A stretch of DNA of 64,000 bases from Candidatus Poribacteria bacterium (GTDB taxonomy: Bacteria; Poribacteria; WGA-4E; PCPOR2b), in the NCBI GenBank assembly GCA_965218095.1, contig OZ244587.1, positions 5,760,001 to 5,824,000 of the forward strand. The letters are read 5' to 3'. Of this stretch, positions 10,178 through 19,788 are shown one piece after another. Every line of letters begins with the position of its first letter. Position 1 is the stretch's first letter. The notes beneath the pieces were generated by a model. It was not told where the DNA came from and did no database searches. It worked only from the letters and a program-made list of their open reading frames with translations. The translations under genes and the position numbers were made by a program.

Positions 10178-12190
10178 ATGTTTGAACGTCAAAAACAACG
10201 GATAGTCTTTGTCCTATGTCTCTCCTGTCTCGTACCTGTTCTCTCACCGATTGCCCGTGGTCAAGACGAGGCGGTTGATGAAAAAATCGTGGAGCGCTAT
10301 AAGCAGATGCTGGGTCGCAAACCGAAAGAGGGCAGTACGTTTGACCGCCTGTATCAATTCTACCTCGAAGGTGCCGGTTTGGATACTATGGTCGCCGATT
10401 ATCAGGGGGCGGCAGAAGCCAAGCCGGGCAATCCGAACCTTCAGTTGATTCTGGGACACATCTACAAACGGCTCGGCAAAGATGCGGAGACAATCGCGGC
10501 ATACCAACGCGCTGTCGAACTCGCACCGAACGATTATTATCCACCCTTTGTCCTTGGACAGATGTATGCGACGTTGCGTCGACATGAAGAAGCGATTGCT
10601 GCGCTCACGAAGGCGGCAGACCTCTCAACGACATCGCGGGCTGCCACTCCCGATGAGTTGATGGCAATCTATAAGGCGCTCGGACGCTCCTATTTCCGTC
10701 GCGATCGGATAGATGAGGCGATTGCCGCGTGGGGTAAAATTGCCCAACTCGACCCGCAGAACATCTTCTCCCGCATCGAGTTAGCGGATTTGTTTCGTGA
10801 AGGTGAACTTTACACCCAAGCCATCGAACAGCACGAGGCTATCGTCAAATTGAAGCGGGATGACCCGTATCGCGTCTGCCTGAGTCTGTGGGAAATCGGG
10901 AAAATTCAGGAGGATGTGGGGGAATACGCCGCCGCCATTGAAAGCTATGACAAAGCCCTCGCATTGACGGGGCAGGGGAATTGGCTGCGAAAAGACCTTC
11001 AGGGGCGAATTATCGGCATCTACGCCGCCGACGGGAATTGGGAGGGCCTAATCTCGCACCATCAAGGCAAACTCGCCGAAACACCAAATGACGTGGAGTT
11101 AATCGGTTTGCTTGCCAATGCATATATCGAGAATCAGCAGATCGACGAAGGGGTCGCCGAGTACCGAAAGGGATTGGAACTTGCCCCGACGGATGCTGGA
11201 CTCCGCCTGAACCTCATCACCGCTTTCCGTAACGCCGAGAGATTTGAAGAAGCGGCGGCGGAATATGAGACCCTCAGTGAGGGACAGCCTGACGATTTCG
11301 GTATCTACCGCGAACTCGGCGAGTTGTATCTGCAACTGGAGGATGAAAACCGGGTGAAGGGGGCCTATCAGCGGATGATTGACCGCGACCCGGATAACGC
11401 CGGAACGCGCCTCATCCTCGCCGAAATTTGCGCCGGGCATGAATGGATGGATGATGCCGTTACGGAATATGAGAAGGCAATATCTCTCGCGCCCGACAAC
11501 CTTGATTACATCGAGTATTTCGGGGAATTCTACTTCCATCAGGGAAATCGGGAAAAGACGGTGGAAACGTGGAATCGGATGGTCGCCGAAGACCATCCGA
11601 TTGCCGAAAATTATGACCGCCTCGCGCAGCTGCTTGACACAAAGGATTTCCGGACCGAAGCCATCGCCGCAAGTCGAAAGGCGGTCGAGTTGGCGCCCGA
11701 TGCGTACCGCTACCGTGAGGCGTTGGCGCGGCGGCTGATGGAGAACAAGGAGTACGACGAAGCGTTGATGGAATACGCGGAAGCCGCGAAACTCGCGCCC
11801 AACGAATTTTTCGCCGAGCAGATGGCTGACCAGCGAATCGAACTCTATCGGCGTCAAGGAACGCTCGTGGAGAAACTGGAAACGTTGGAGGCAGCACCTG
11901 AAACTTTCGACCAGCAGAAGCAACTCGCCAAGATGTACCTCAAGTTGGGCAATATCTCCTACGCCATTGAAGTTTTGACAAAAGCGAAAGCACTTCAACC
12001 CGATGATGTGCCCGTCAACCGTTGGCTCGCGGAGGTCTACGCCCAACAAGGGCGGCGCGATGAAGCGGTCGCCATCTACACCCACCTCGTCGAGGTTGAT
12101 AGCGCGAATGCACGGGAATATTATGCGAACATTGCGCGGTCCCGTCTGAACGTGATGGATTTTGATGCGGCAACAGCGGCGGCGAAGTAG
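10178..12190 (+). CDS. Giant TPR protein paralog 2, N-terminal part (signal peptide + TPRs); ends at an in-frame TAG
   Basis: RBS AAGGAGG before ATG. Sec-type leader (RIVFVLCLSCLVPVLSPIARG|Q). Collinear with gene 1. The next ORF continues in the same frame. Confidence 0.85.
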   Translation: MFERQKQRIVFVLCLSCLVPVLSPIARGQDEAVDEKIVERYKQMLGRKPKEGSTFDRLYQFYLEGAGLDTMVADYQGAAEAKPGNPNLQLILGHIYKRLGKDAETIAAYQRAVELAPNDYYPPFVLGQMYATLRRHEEAIAALTKAADLSTTSRAATPDELMAIYKALGRSYFRRDRIDEAIAAWGKIAQLDPQNIFSRIELADLFREGELYTQAIEQHEAIVKLKRDDPYRVCLSLWEIGKIQEDVGEYAAAIESYDKALALTGQGNWLRKDLQGRIIGIYAADGNWEGLISHHQGKLAETPNDVELIGLLANAYIENQQIDEGVAEYRKGLELAPTDAGLRLNLITAFRNAERFEEAAAEYETLSEGQPDDFGIYRELGELYLQLEDENRVKGAYQRMIDRDPDNAGTRLILAEICAGHEWMDDAVTEYEKAISLAPDNLDYIEYFGEFYFHQGNREKTVETWNRMVAEDHPIAENYDRLAQLLDTKDFRTEAIAASRKAVELAPDAYRYREALARRLMENKEYDEALMEYAEAAKLAPNEFFAEQMADQRIELYRRQGTLVEKLETLEAAPETFDQQKQLAKMYLKLGNISYAIEVLTKAKALQPDDVPVNRWLAEVYAQQGRRDEAVAIYTHLVEVDSANAREYYANIARSRLNVMDFDAATAAAK

Positions 12191-12229
12191 ACGGTCGCGC
12201 ACAGTCCACGCAATCCCGAAGGGCATCAG

Positions 12230-15200
12230 ATGCTTGCGGAAATCGCCAAGCAGTCCGGGAATTATGAAACTGCGGCCGACAGCCTCAAGCAGGCGATCCG
12301 GCTTCGCCCGGAAGCCACCGACATCCGCGCGGAGCTGGCGGAGATTTACAAACTTTCGGGCAACCCCCGACAGGCACTTGAGCAGTACTGGCGGTGTTGG
12401 GAGTTGAGCGAGAACATGAACGACAAGCTCGCCTTCGTCAAATCACTCTCCGAGGCATATTACGACTTGGGACGGGGCGGCGAGTTTGAAGAGAAGTTGA
12501 AGCAGATGTCGAAAGTCAACACGTCCAGCATAGGACCCGTCTTAGCATTGGCGGAGGTCTATCAGATGGAAGGCGACCTCCCCAGCGCACGATTCCAACT
12601 GGCGCGGGCATTAGAGCGGAAGCGCGAAAATCCGGATCTGTTGGCGCAACTGGTCGAAATCAGTATCGACCTTGGCGATACTCAGGACGCGCTGACCTAT
12701 CAACAGCGGCTCGTCAAAGCACAACCAGACCCCGCCCATCAACAACGACTCGGCGAGTTGTTGTTCGATGTCGGGCGGGAGCAGGAGGCGATTCAGGCAT
12801 GGACAAAGTTACTGCACGCGAAAAATCAGACGCTTGAGGCAGGGGTCAAACTTGCAACGTTGCTGATTCGGCACGGCCTGCTGGATGAGGCGCTTTCCGC
12901 CCTCGACCGTGCGAGCGAAAAGGTGACGGATGCGAAGACGATTTATCAGGTTGGCGTGGCGTTGGTTGAGATGAATGAATTAGACCGCGCTCGACCGCAC
13001 TTCCAGCAGATTCTGGAGCTATCCAAACCGCCTGAAAACGCGACGCAGAATGTCACAGCCCACTCACCTCGACCGACCTACGGCCCCCCCGGATTCAATA
13101 TGCACAAATTCAATCTCGCACAAAGCCTCGTCTGGCAGATTCAGCGGCAACCGTTTGGGGGCGGAAGCGGACAGGCGTGGATGCCGAACAGTTTTGAGGA
13201 GGCGCAAGCCGGTGCGCTTGTGCAGTTGACTACCATCGCACAGCAGCAGGGAAAACTGGGTGAACTCATCCAGCAATTCGAGGCGGCTGCCGACGCGAAT
13301 CCGAAGGACATCCAGACGCTCGAAACGTTGGCGCAGATCTACACCCTCACGGAGAACACCAATAAGATTAAGGAAATTACCGATCGGCTGATTGCCGCTT
13401 CACCGAACGATCCGGTGTATCAAGGCATGCGGTTGAGTCAGTCAATGCAGCAGAATCTTGACTCTGAAACGGTGAAAAAATACCTCGACGAAATGACCGG
13501 ATTGACGCCCGAAGCACGGCTCTGGTATATCGCAGCATACGCCGGCATGCTCTATGATCAAGGAAGGAAGGCGGACGCCGAAAAACTGTTGGACAAACTT
13601 GACGCTGCAAAAGTGACCGACCTCAACACCGGTTCGATGCTGGTCAGTGCATTCACACAGATGGGCAAGATTGACGTGGCGGAGAAAATCCTCGCCCAAC
13701 TTCCGATTCCAGGGATCCTGGCAGGTCCCCAAACTTCGATGATGGGACCACCATCGCTCGCGCAGCAACGGTGGCGGCAGTATCGTGCCATCTACCAGAC
13801 CCTCGCTACCGCTTATGTCCGCGAAGGAGAGACCGATAAGGCGATTGAAATCTTCTGGACGTTCTTTGACCGTACCAAACCAACAGCGACAAACGCCCGG
13901 CGCGTTGCGACACTCGCATACTCGTCGCACTCCTACAGCGGCTACACACCGCTTTTGTCGAGCTATCCATCGCCGACGACTTACTACAATCAAGCCCGTT
14001 TGGAGTATCTCCAGGGGGGTTTCAGCCAGTTTTGGACGAAGAATCAGCAGGAAGCGTTATACGCCAAATTCCAGACCAAGTTGGATGCCGCTGAAGGCAA
14101 AAACCGCATCTATCCCGGTTTGGCACTGAGTTACTGCTATTGGTGGGAAGGGAAGCGCGACAAAGCGCAGGAGGTCCTCTTGGCGTTGCAGAATGAATTT
14201 CCGGATGATCTCACGCTCAAGCTCAACACCGTTTTCGTCTCAATCCAGACCGGACAACACGGGACGACGCTGGAATTGCTTGATGAACTCGCCGGGGTAG
14301 ACCCGCGAAATCGCCGTCAGTATTATGACCTCTCGCTACAGCTTGCCGCACATATAGGCAACACCGTCAAGGTGCGCGAGTTGATGACGAAGGTGCTGAA
14401 TTCGCCGGTTAGGGTCCGTGAACTTTATCAGTTTTCGCAAAAACTCCAGCAGAGCGGTCTAACACAATACGCCATCGCTGTTGCCAAGAAAGCAATGACT
14501 TTGGCGATGGGGCAACGCGACCCGAATTTCCTGATGGAATTGAGTAGGCACTTAGAGGAGCTCGGTCGGGGGCAGGATGCGGCGCTCATCGCTGAACGCG
14601 CAATGCGTTTCGCCAACCAACGTGACCGGTACGGTCAGACCTTGCACTCGTGGAGTTTCCAGCAGGCGGCGCATCTAGTTGGTCGCTCCAAAGCCGTGCG
14701 AGAGCGCGAACCCCAGTTAGTCGAAGCCGCCGAAAAGAATCCGGATTCATTCCAGACACAGGTCAGATTGGCGACGTTCTACGAAAGCACGAATCAGGTC
14801 AAAAAGGCGGCGGCGGCCTTCGATGCGGCACTCGCCCTGCGTCCCAAGGATAACATGACCCGTCAGCGGTACGCCCAGATGTTGCAGCGTAGTGGGCAAG
14901 CAGCAGATGCCGTAACCCAATACATGACGCTCCTCAAAGATAACCCGAATGCACTCGGTTACAACTATTGGGAGGTGATGGAAACCTTCTTCGCGGCAGG
15001 CAAAGTCGATGAACTGGTTTCGCTAGCGAAGGGGATGATTGCACCATCCGTCGGACAAAACTTCGGCGACAATTTCGCGCAAGATGTGGCACGGCAGTGT
15101 ATCGACAATAACAACCCCAAAGCGGCGGTCGAAATCTACGAAAAGATAATCGAAGTCCAGTCGAATCGGCACAACATGTATACTGACCTAGCGTCCGCCT

Positions 15201-18200
15201 ACGCTGCCGCCGGTGAACGTGAGAAGGCGATCCAGTTCTTGCGCGAAAAGCTGGAAACTGAGGCTGCGAATATTTCGCAAGACCTGTACGCACAAGTGGG
15301 GATTGTATCAAAACTGACCGAGCTCTACAAGGCATCCGGTGAGATAGAAGGCTTGGCGACGGAATATGAGGCCAAACTCGCCGAGAAGCCGGAGGATCCG
15401 TCGTTGCTCTATCTCGTAGCGTCAATGAAGATTGCGGCGAATGACCTCGAAGGGTCGGACGCGCTCGTTAATCAACTGCTTGATGATGAAGCTGTGTCAA
15501 TAAACACAGAGTGGTTGAACGGTTTGGCAGACGCCTACCGCAGCGTCGGTGACCGCGGCCGTGAACTCCGTCTGCTTGAGGCGGGGGCGAAAAATCTCGG
15601 CTCGCAGAATTGGTGGAGACTTTCGGAGACCTACCAGAAACTCGGTACAGCCTATGCCCAAAGGGATGAAAAGGAGAAGGCGAAGGACACCTTCCGAAAG
15701 ATGGGGATGATGCGTCTGATGATGTATGGCGGGGGAGGCGGTGCGTTCTGGCAGAAACAGGGGATTGCCGACCTGTATATGCAGCATGAGATGTGGGACG
15801 ACGCTGAAGCAATGTACACAGAGGTCCTGAATGATCTGTCAGCGCAGCAGTATCATCGTGAACAGGTACAAGAGCGGCTGATGGAGATTCAGCAGCGTCG
15901 TGGTGGGCTTTCGACGACGACCCCAAAAATAGAACAGATGAATATCGGTATACAGCGGGCGATGGCGCAGCAATACATGCAGCGCAATGAACTTGAGAAA
16001 GCGGCGGAACTCTTTAAGGGGCTCATTGAGACGATGCCCGAAGATTTCGGATCCCGCGCACAACTCGCTCAGATCTATTCACGCCAAAACAAACACGATG
16101 CAGCGCTCGTCCAGTGGGAAATTTTGCTGACAGCCGACCCTGAGAACACGCAGTATCAGGATGGACTCGTGAATGCCTACCAGGCCGCAGGCAAGATCGC
16201 CGAATCCCTCAAACTAGCGCAAAAGTACATTGAAGCGGATGCAAGTGGTGTCACCTACGCTCGCCTTGCCCGAATTTACGCCGCGAGGGATCGGGTCGAT
16301 GACGCGATCAAGGCGTATCAAAAAGCGATCAAACTCAGTCCCGGCGATGGGAGGCTTTATCGCGAACTCGCACAGATTCATATGAAAAACGATGACCTTG
16401 ATTCCGCAGAAAAGACCTTTCAGGAAGCCCTGGAATACACCGGACAGGAGTGGGAGCGGCGTAACATTGAACGGCAAATGATAGAGCTCTATCGCCGTCA
16501 AGGCAGGTTGGAGGAGATGTTCCAGAGAGCCGAGGAAAAAGGAACGCTGACTTTCGAGATGCAGCTGGATCGTGCGCAAAACTTCCGCACTCAGGGCGAG
16601 TTGGAAAAGGCTGTGGAAGCCTATAAAAAGGCAATAGACATGACGACACAAAGTTGGGAGCGGACCCGGGTTTCAAACGAGTTGGTGCAGGTTTACGCCC
16701 GACTTGGAGAAAACGAGTTGGCGATCGAACTCTATGAAACGCTGTCGAGGTCGGGCGGCGGTGACGTAAGTATTAGCTTTTTAGGCGGCGGTTTTCAGGT
16801 CATGTTCCCTGGCGACCAAGCCCGTCAAACGTTGATCAACGCCTACAGCAGTCATGACAAACGCGAAGAATTGGCGACCTACCTTGAAAAGAGGCGCGAG
16901 ACAAATCCCGATAATCCGGCGATTCTCGAAATGATTGCGGAGGTTTATCGCAGCCATGGCAACCACGCGAAAGCGGCGGAAAGCTATCAAGCCCTCTGCA
17001 AATTGCAGCCGGGGAACATTCGGAGTTTCTATTATGCTGCCGTGGCTTTTACCCGGAGCGATCAGCCAGAGTTAGCAGAGGAGATGGTGAATCAGGGAGA
17101 GGCAGCACGCTCGACAAGCGTCAGGTGGAAGCAGGATATGTGGCGTTTAGCCGCGCTCGGCAATATCTGTCTTGAAGGGAAGCTATACGAAGCGGCGGTT
17201 ACGCTACTTGAAGACGCGACTGCGCAAAGTGGGCGCTACGGGGGAATGGGCGAGGAACGCCAGAATCTATACCGTATGCTCGGTCAGAGCTACGTGGGTG
17301 CAAAACGCTACGAGGAAGCCGCCCACGCTTATCAGCAGATGAGGAACATCGCCCAGGATGAGGCGGTGCGACGAGAAGCGCTGGAGGCGATACGCAAGGC
17401 GTATAAAGAGGGCGGCATTTACGACAAGCTGGTTGCGGAACGGTTGAAGGTGGCTGAGGCAAATTCCGATGACCCGGACGCCTACTACGCGCTCGCGCAG
17501 ACCTATCAATGGAATGTGATGAATGACGAGGCGATTGCGGCGTATGAACGTGCCGCCGAGTTGAATCCTAATAACACCGTCATCTTAGAACCATTGGTTC
17601 AGCTCTATGATAATGCAGTCCCTGAAAAGGCAAAAACCCTTTATAAACGCCTCATTGAATTGGCGGATACCCCCCACAATCGCCTCCAGAAACGGAGGAG
17701 CTTAGCTAATCTCCACAAACGTTTTGGGGAGATTGATCAAGTTGCTGCGCTGCTGAAAGACGCCGCCATCCATGCCCCAGAGCCGTTCGAACGGGAGATT
17801 GCCCTTCGAGGGCTTTGGAAACTTCAAGAAGAGATATCCCGTCTGCGTCAAGCAAATTTGATGAGCAAGCCCGCGGCTTCCTTTGCCTTGCGAGATCTGA
17901 GCGGCAAAGAAGTCAAGCTCTCTGATTTCAAAGGCAAAGTGGTCATTCTGAACTTCTGGGCAACGTGGTATCCGCCCTGCGTGAGGGAGATGCCACATTT
18001 CATCGCGCTTTACGAAGGGTATAAGGATCAAGGGTTTGCGGTGGTGGGCATCTCCGTCGATCGAGCAGGAGAGAATGTAATCAAGTCTTTCGTCGAGGAA
18101 CATCAGGTGACCTATCCCATCCTCATCGACGATCAGCGTGTGGCACAACGCTACGGTGGTATCTCTTCCGTTCCGACCACCTTCCTCATCAATAGGGAAG

Positions 18201-18277
18201 GAAAAATTGTAAGGCAGTATGTGGGCTACAGAGATAAATCTGTCTTTGAGAAAGACATTAAAGCCCTTCTTGACTAG
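12230..18277 (+). CDS. Giant TPR protein paralog 2, C-terminal part, ending in a TlpA/ResA-type thioredoxin (redoxin) domain
   Basis: Same frame as 10178..12190, and the intervening codons (TVAHSPRNPEGHQ) match gene 1 (VLAHSPRNPKGHQ). Redoxin signature FALRDLSGKEVKLSDFKGKVVILNFWATWYPPC...VPTTFLINREG. Confidence 0.85.
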   Translation: MLAEIAKQSGNYETAADSLKQAIRLRPEATDIRAELAEIYKLSGNPRQALEQYWRCWELSENMNDKLAFVKSLSEAYYDLGRGGEFEEKLKQMSKVNTSSIGPVLALAEVYQMEGDLPSARFQLARALERKRENPDLLAQLVEISIDLGDTQDALTYQQRLVKAQPDPAHQQRLGELLFDVGREQEAIQAWTKLLHAKNQTLEAGVKLATLLIRHGLLDEALSALDRASEKVTDAKTIYQVGVALVEMNELDRARPHFQQILELSKPPENATQNVTAHSPRPTYGPPGFNMHKFNLAQSLVWQIQRQPFGGGSGQAWMPNSFEEAQAGALVQLTTIAQQQGKLGELIQQFEAAADANPKDIQTLETLAQIYTLTENTNKIKEITDRLIAASPNDPVYQGMRLSQSMQQNLDSETVKKYLDEMTGLTPEARLWYIAAYAGMLYDQGRKADAEKLLDKLDAAKVTDLNTGSMLVSAFTQMGKIDVAEKILAQLPIPGILAGPQTSMMGPPSLAQQRWRQYRAIYQTLATAYVREGETDKAIEIFWTFFDRTKPTATNARRVATLAYSSHSYSGYTPLLSSYPSPTTYYNQARLEYLQGGFSQFWTKNQQEALYAKFQTKLDAAEGKNRIYPGLALSYCYWWEGKRDKAQEVLLALQNEFPDDLTLKLNTVFVSIQTGQHGTTLELLDELAGVDPRNRRQYYDLSLQLAAHIGNTVKVRELMTKVLNSPVRVRELYQFSQKLQQSGLTQYAIAVAKKAMTLAMGQRDPNFLMELSRHLEELGRGQDAALIAERAMRFANQRDRYGQTLHSWSFQQAAHLVGRSKAVREREPQLVEAAEKNPDSFQTQVRLATFYESTNQVKKAAAAFDAALALRPKDNMTRQRYAQMLQRSGQAADAVTQYMTLLKDNPNALGYNYWEVMETFFAAGKVDELVSLAKGMIAPSVGQNFGDNFAQDVARQCIDNNNPKAAVEIYEKIIEVQSNRHNMYTDLASAYAAAGEREKAIQFLREKLETEAANISQDLYAQVGIVSKLTELYKASGEIEGLATEYEAKLAEKPEDPSLLYLVASMKIAANDLEGSDALVNQLLDDEAVSINTEWLNGLADAYRSVGDRGRELRLLEAGAKNLGSQNWWRLSETYQKLGTAYAQRDEKEKAKDTFRKMGMMRLMMYGGGGGAFWQKQGIADLYMQHEMWDDAEAMYTEVLNDLSAQQYHREQVQERLMEIQQRRGGLSTTTPKIEQMNIGIQRAMAQQYMQRNELEKAAELFKGLIETMPEDFGSRAQLAQIYSRQNKHDAALVQWEILLTADPENTQYQDGLVNAYQAAGKIAESLKLAQKYIEADASGVTYARLARIYAARDRVDDAIKAYQKAIKLSPGDGRLYRELAQIHMKNDDLDSAEKTFQEALEYTGQEWERRNIERQMIELYRRQGRLEEMFQRAEEKGTLTFEMQLDRAQNFRTQGELEKAVEAYKKAIDMTTQSWERTRVSNELVQVYARLGENELAIELYETLSRSGGGDVSISFLGGGFQVMFPGDQARQTLINAYSSHDKREELATYLEKRRETNPDNPAILEMIAEVYRSHGNHAKAAESYQALCKLQPGNIRSFYYAAVAFTRSDQPELAEEMVNQGEAARSTSVRWKQDMWRLAALGNICLEGKLYEAAVTLLEDATAQSGRYGGMGEERQNLYRMLGQSYVGAKRYEEAAHAYQQMRNIAQDEAVRREALEAIRKAYKEGGIYDKLVAERLKVAEANSDDPDAYYALAQTYQWNVMNDEAIAAYERAAELNPNNTVILEPLVQLYDNAVPEKAKTLYKRLIELADTPHNRLQKRRSLANLHKRFGEIDQVAALLKDAAIHAPEPFEREIALRGLWKLQEEISRLRQANLMSKPAASFALRDLSGKEVKLSDFKGKVVILNFWATWYPPCVREMPHFIALYEGYKDQGFAVVGISVDRAGENVIKSFVEEHQVTYPILIDDQRVAQRYGGISSVPTTFLINREGKIVRQYVGYRDKSVFEKDIKALLD

Positions 18278-18317
18278 TACACGTCGGCAGAAATCATTAA
18301 CCGGTTGGTCAGTGAGG

Positions 18318-18350
18318 AGAAACCGAGTTTTTGCCAAAAACTCGGTTTCT
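18318..18350. repeat. Perfect palindrome with 15-bp arms (REP-like element or bidirectional terminator)
   Basis: AGAAACCGAGTTTTT-GCC-AAAAACTCGGTTTCT, 40 bp after the giant TPR gene stop. Confidence 0.7.
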
Positions 18351-18506
18351 AACTGGTAAAGGACTTCCGCCACGCTGCACTGTACGAGTGGCATACTTGC
18401 GGATTTGGCACTACATGTTGTGCGTCAAGACGAATTCCAAGCCTAATATGTTGTGATTAAAACCCAACATGACAAGGTATCACTAAAACATCGAAAGGAG
18501 AAAATC

Positions 18507-19130
18507 ATGCAAAACTGCTTTGTTAGTCTCATGATTACTTTGACTTTGTGTGTCCTCTTGATTAGTTGTGGCGCGCCACCCCAGAAACAAATAAGGTATA
18601 TCCCGAGCACGACATCTTCACCATCCCCTGAACCGTCATCACCTACTTCCCGTGCTTCGGAGACGGCGTCGTTACCCTCTGATGCCGCAATTGATTTCAC
18701 ACGGCTACCGCTTCTTAAACTTATCTTTCGAACTCCACTCAACACCAATCAAATCGATGATCTCTACGCAACGACAAAAAGAGAAATTCGCCATCTAAAT
18801 CTTGTGTCCAATTGCGATCTGGACGTACTGAAAGGATTTGTTGCAGCAGGTTGGGCGCCGGTTGTGCTATTGCGTTGGAATAAGCAGCGCTTGTGGACGG
18901 TGGTGGGGTACGATGATGCAGCAGAACATATCCGTTTAGCAAACCCAGTGACTAGAGACTCAAGGCGCATTTCCTACTCCGACTTCAGAAAGGCGTGGAC
19001 CCTATCCGCCGGAAAATGTCTCCTTTTCGATTCCACACCCGGGGAGCTCACTGAGGCAAAAGTACAGTCGGTTCTGAAGATATATCTTCCCACGCCCCAT
19101 GTATCTCAAGTCAAAGTTAGAAGTCGATAA
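18507..19130 (+). CDS. Lipoprotein with degenerate peptidase C39-like domain
   Basis: RBS AAAGGAG; lipobox LLISC; Ser/Pro/Thr linker; PVVLL...VVGYDD...IRLANP...ISYSDFRKAW resembles the C39_2 C-terminal half. Confidence 0.6.
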   Translation: MQNCFVSLMITLTLCVLLISCGAPPQKQIRYIPSTTSSPSPEPSSPTSRASETASLPSDAAIDFTRLPLLKLIFRTPLNTNQIDDLYATTKREIRHLNLVSNCDLDVLKGFVAAGWAPVVLLRWNKQRLWTVVGYDDAAEHIRLANPVTRDSRRISYSDFRKAWTLSAGKCLLFDSTPGELTEAKVQSVLKIYLPTPHVSQVKVRSR

Positions 19131-19278
19131 TCTGGGGTTTGATACGACTGTTTTCACCTGGGGCTCTAGAGGTTTTGCAGTTCAAAAGAAAAAGTCCAGG
19201 TCCTGCTTAAAGACGACACGAGTCATTAGTTTTGCGCTTTTTGAAGAATGTATAATAGTCAGGAGGATGCTTGACACT

Positions 19279-19354
19279 GCTCCCGATGGATTGGCAAATC
19301 CATTAGCTATGGCGTGGATTTGTCCATGGCTCGCTTCCCATCCATCGGGGCTAC
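19279..19354. repeat. REP-like nested inverted repeat
   Basis: CCCGATGGAT...ATCCATCGGG outer arms, inner CAAATCCA/TGGATTTG pair, ends in GGGGCTAC (GTAG on the minus strand). Confidence 0.5.
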
Positions 19355-19598
19355 GCCGATCGGAGTGTCATCATCGTGTTGACCACTACAGCTTTTTGAA
19401 GCATGAAAGCTCAAGGGGTAATCCATGAAGAATCTCCGGTGTTAAATAATAGAAAAACATCGGAGACACTTACATGGAAGCTTTTGCCCGGTTTGTCCAT
19501 TGAGCGAAGCCGAGATATAGTAGACATTATAACGATTTGGCATACATATCTGGACATGATAACTTGGAAGATAAATCATCGATTTCTAGGGTGTGCAG

Positions 19599-19690
19599 AT
19601 GACCAACTACGTTCAATTATTGAGATACCCCAGAAGATTCCTGTCGATGCCAAGATATACCGTTGAAGAATTTGAGCATTTTCATCAAGC
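19599..19690 (+). pseudogene. Possible N-terminal remnant of an HTH_Tnp_4/IS5-like transposase
   Basis: MTNYVQLLRYPRRFLSMPRYTVEEFE resembles the Y..L...P..F...TG.TVEEF start of such transposases. No DDE domain follows. Confidence 0.3.
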
Positions 19691-19788
19691 CCGTTTCCCA
19701 GTCGAAAATTCCAAACGTCCTAATTTTCAGTCGCGTGTTACCAAATCAGATAAGTGTTACATTTTTGAGAGGAAAGGAGGAACAGCAG

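Noticed and set aside
11099-12226. Long antisense ORFs (375 aa here; also 20947-21777, 17702-18394)
   Set aside because: They are shadows of strongly coding plus-strand genes and carry no recognisable motifs.
17957-17980. Selenocysteine in the thioredoxin motif
   Set aside because: The codon is TAT, not TGA.
19249-19262. 14-bp TGTATAATAGTCAG shared with the minus-strand FIST promoter (48057-48070)
   Set aside because: It is mostly a -10 box, lacks a properly spaced -35 here and has no intact downstream gene; may be chance.
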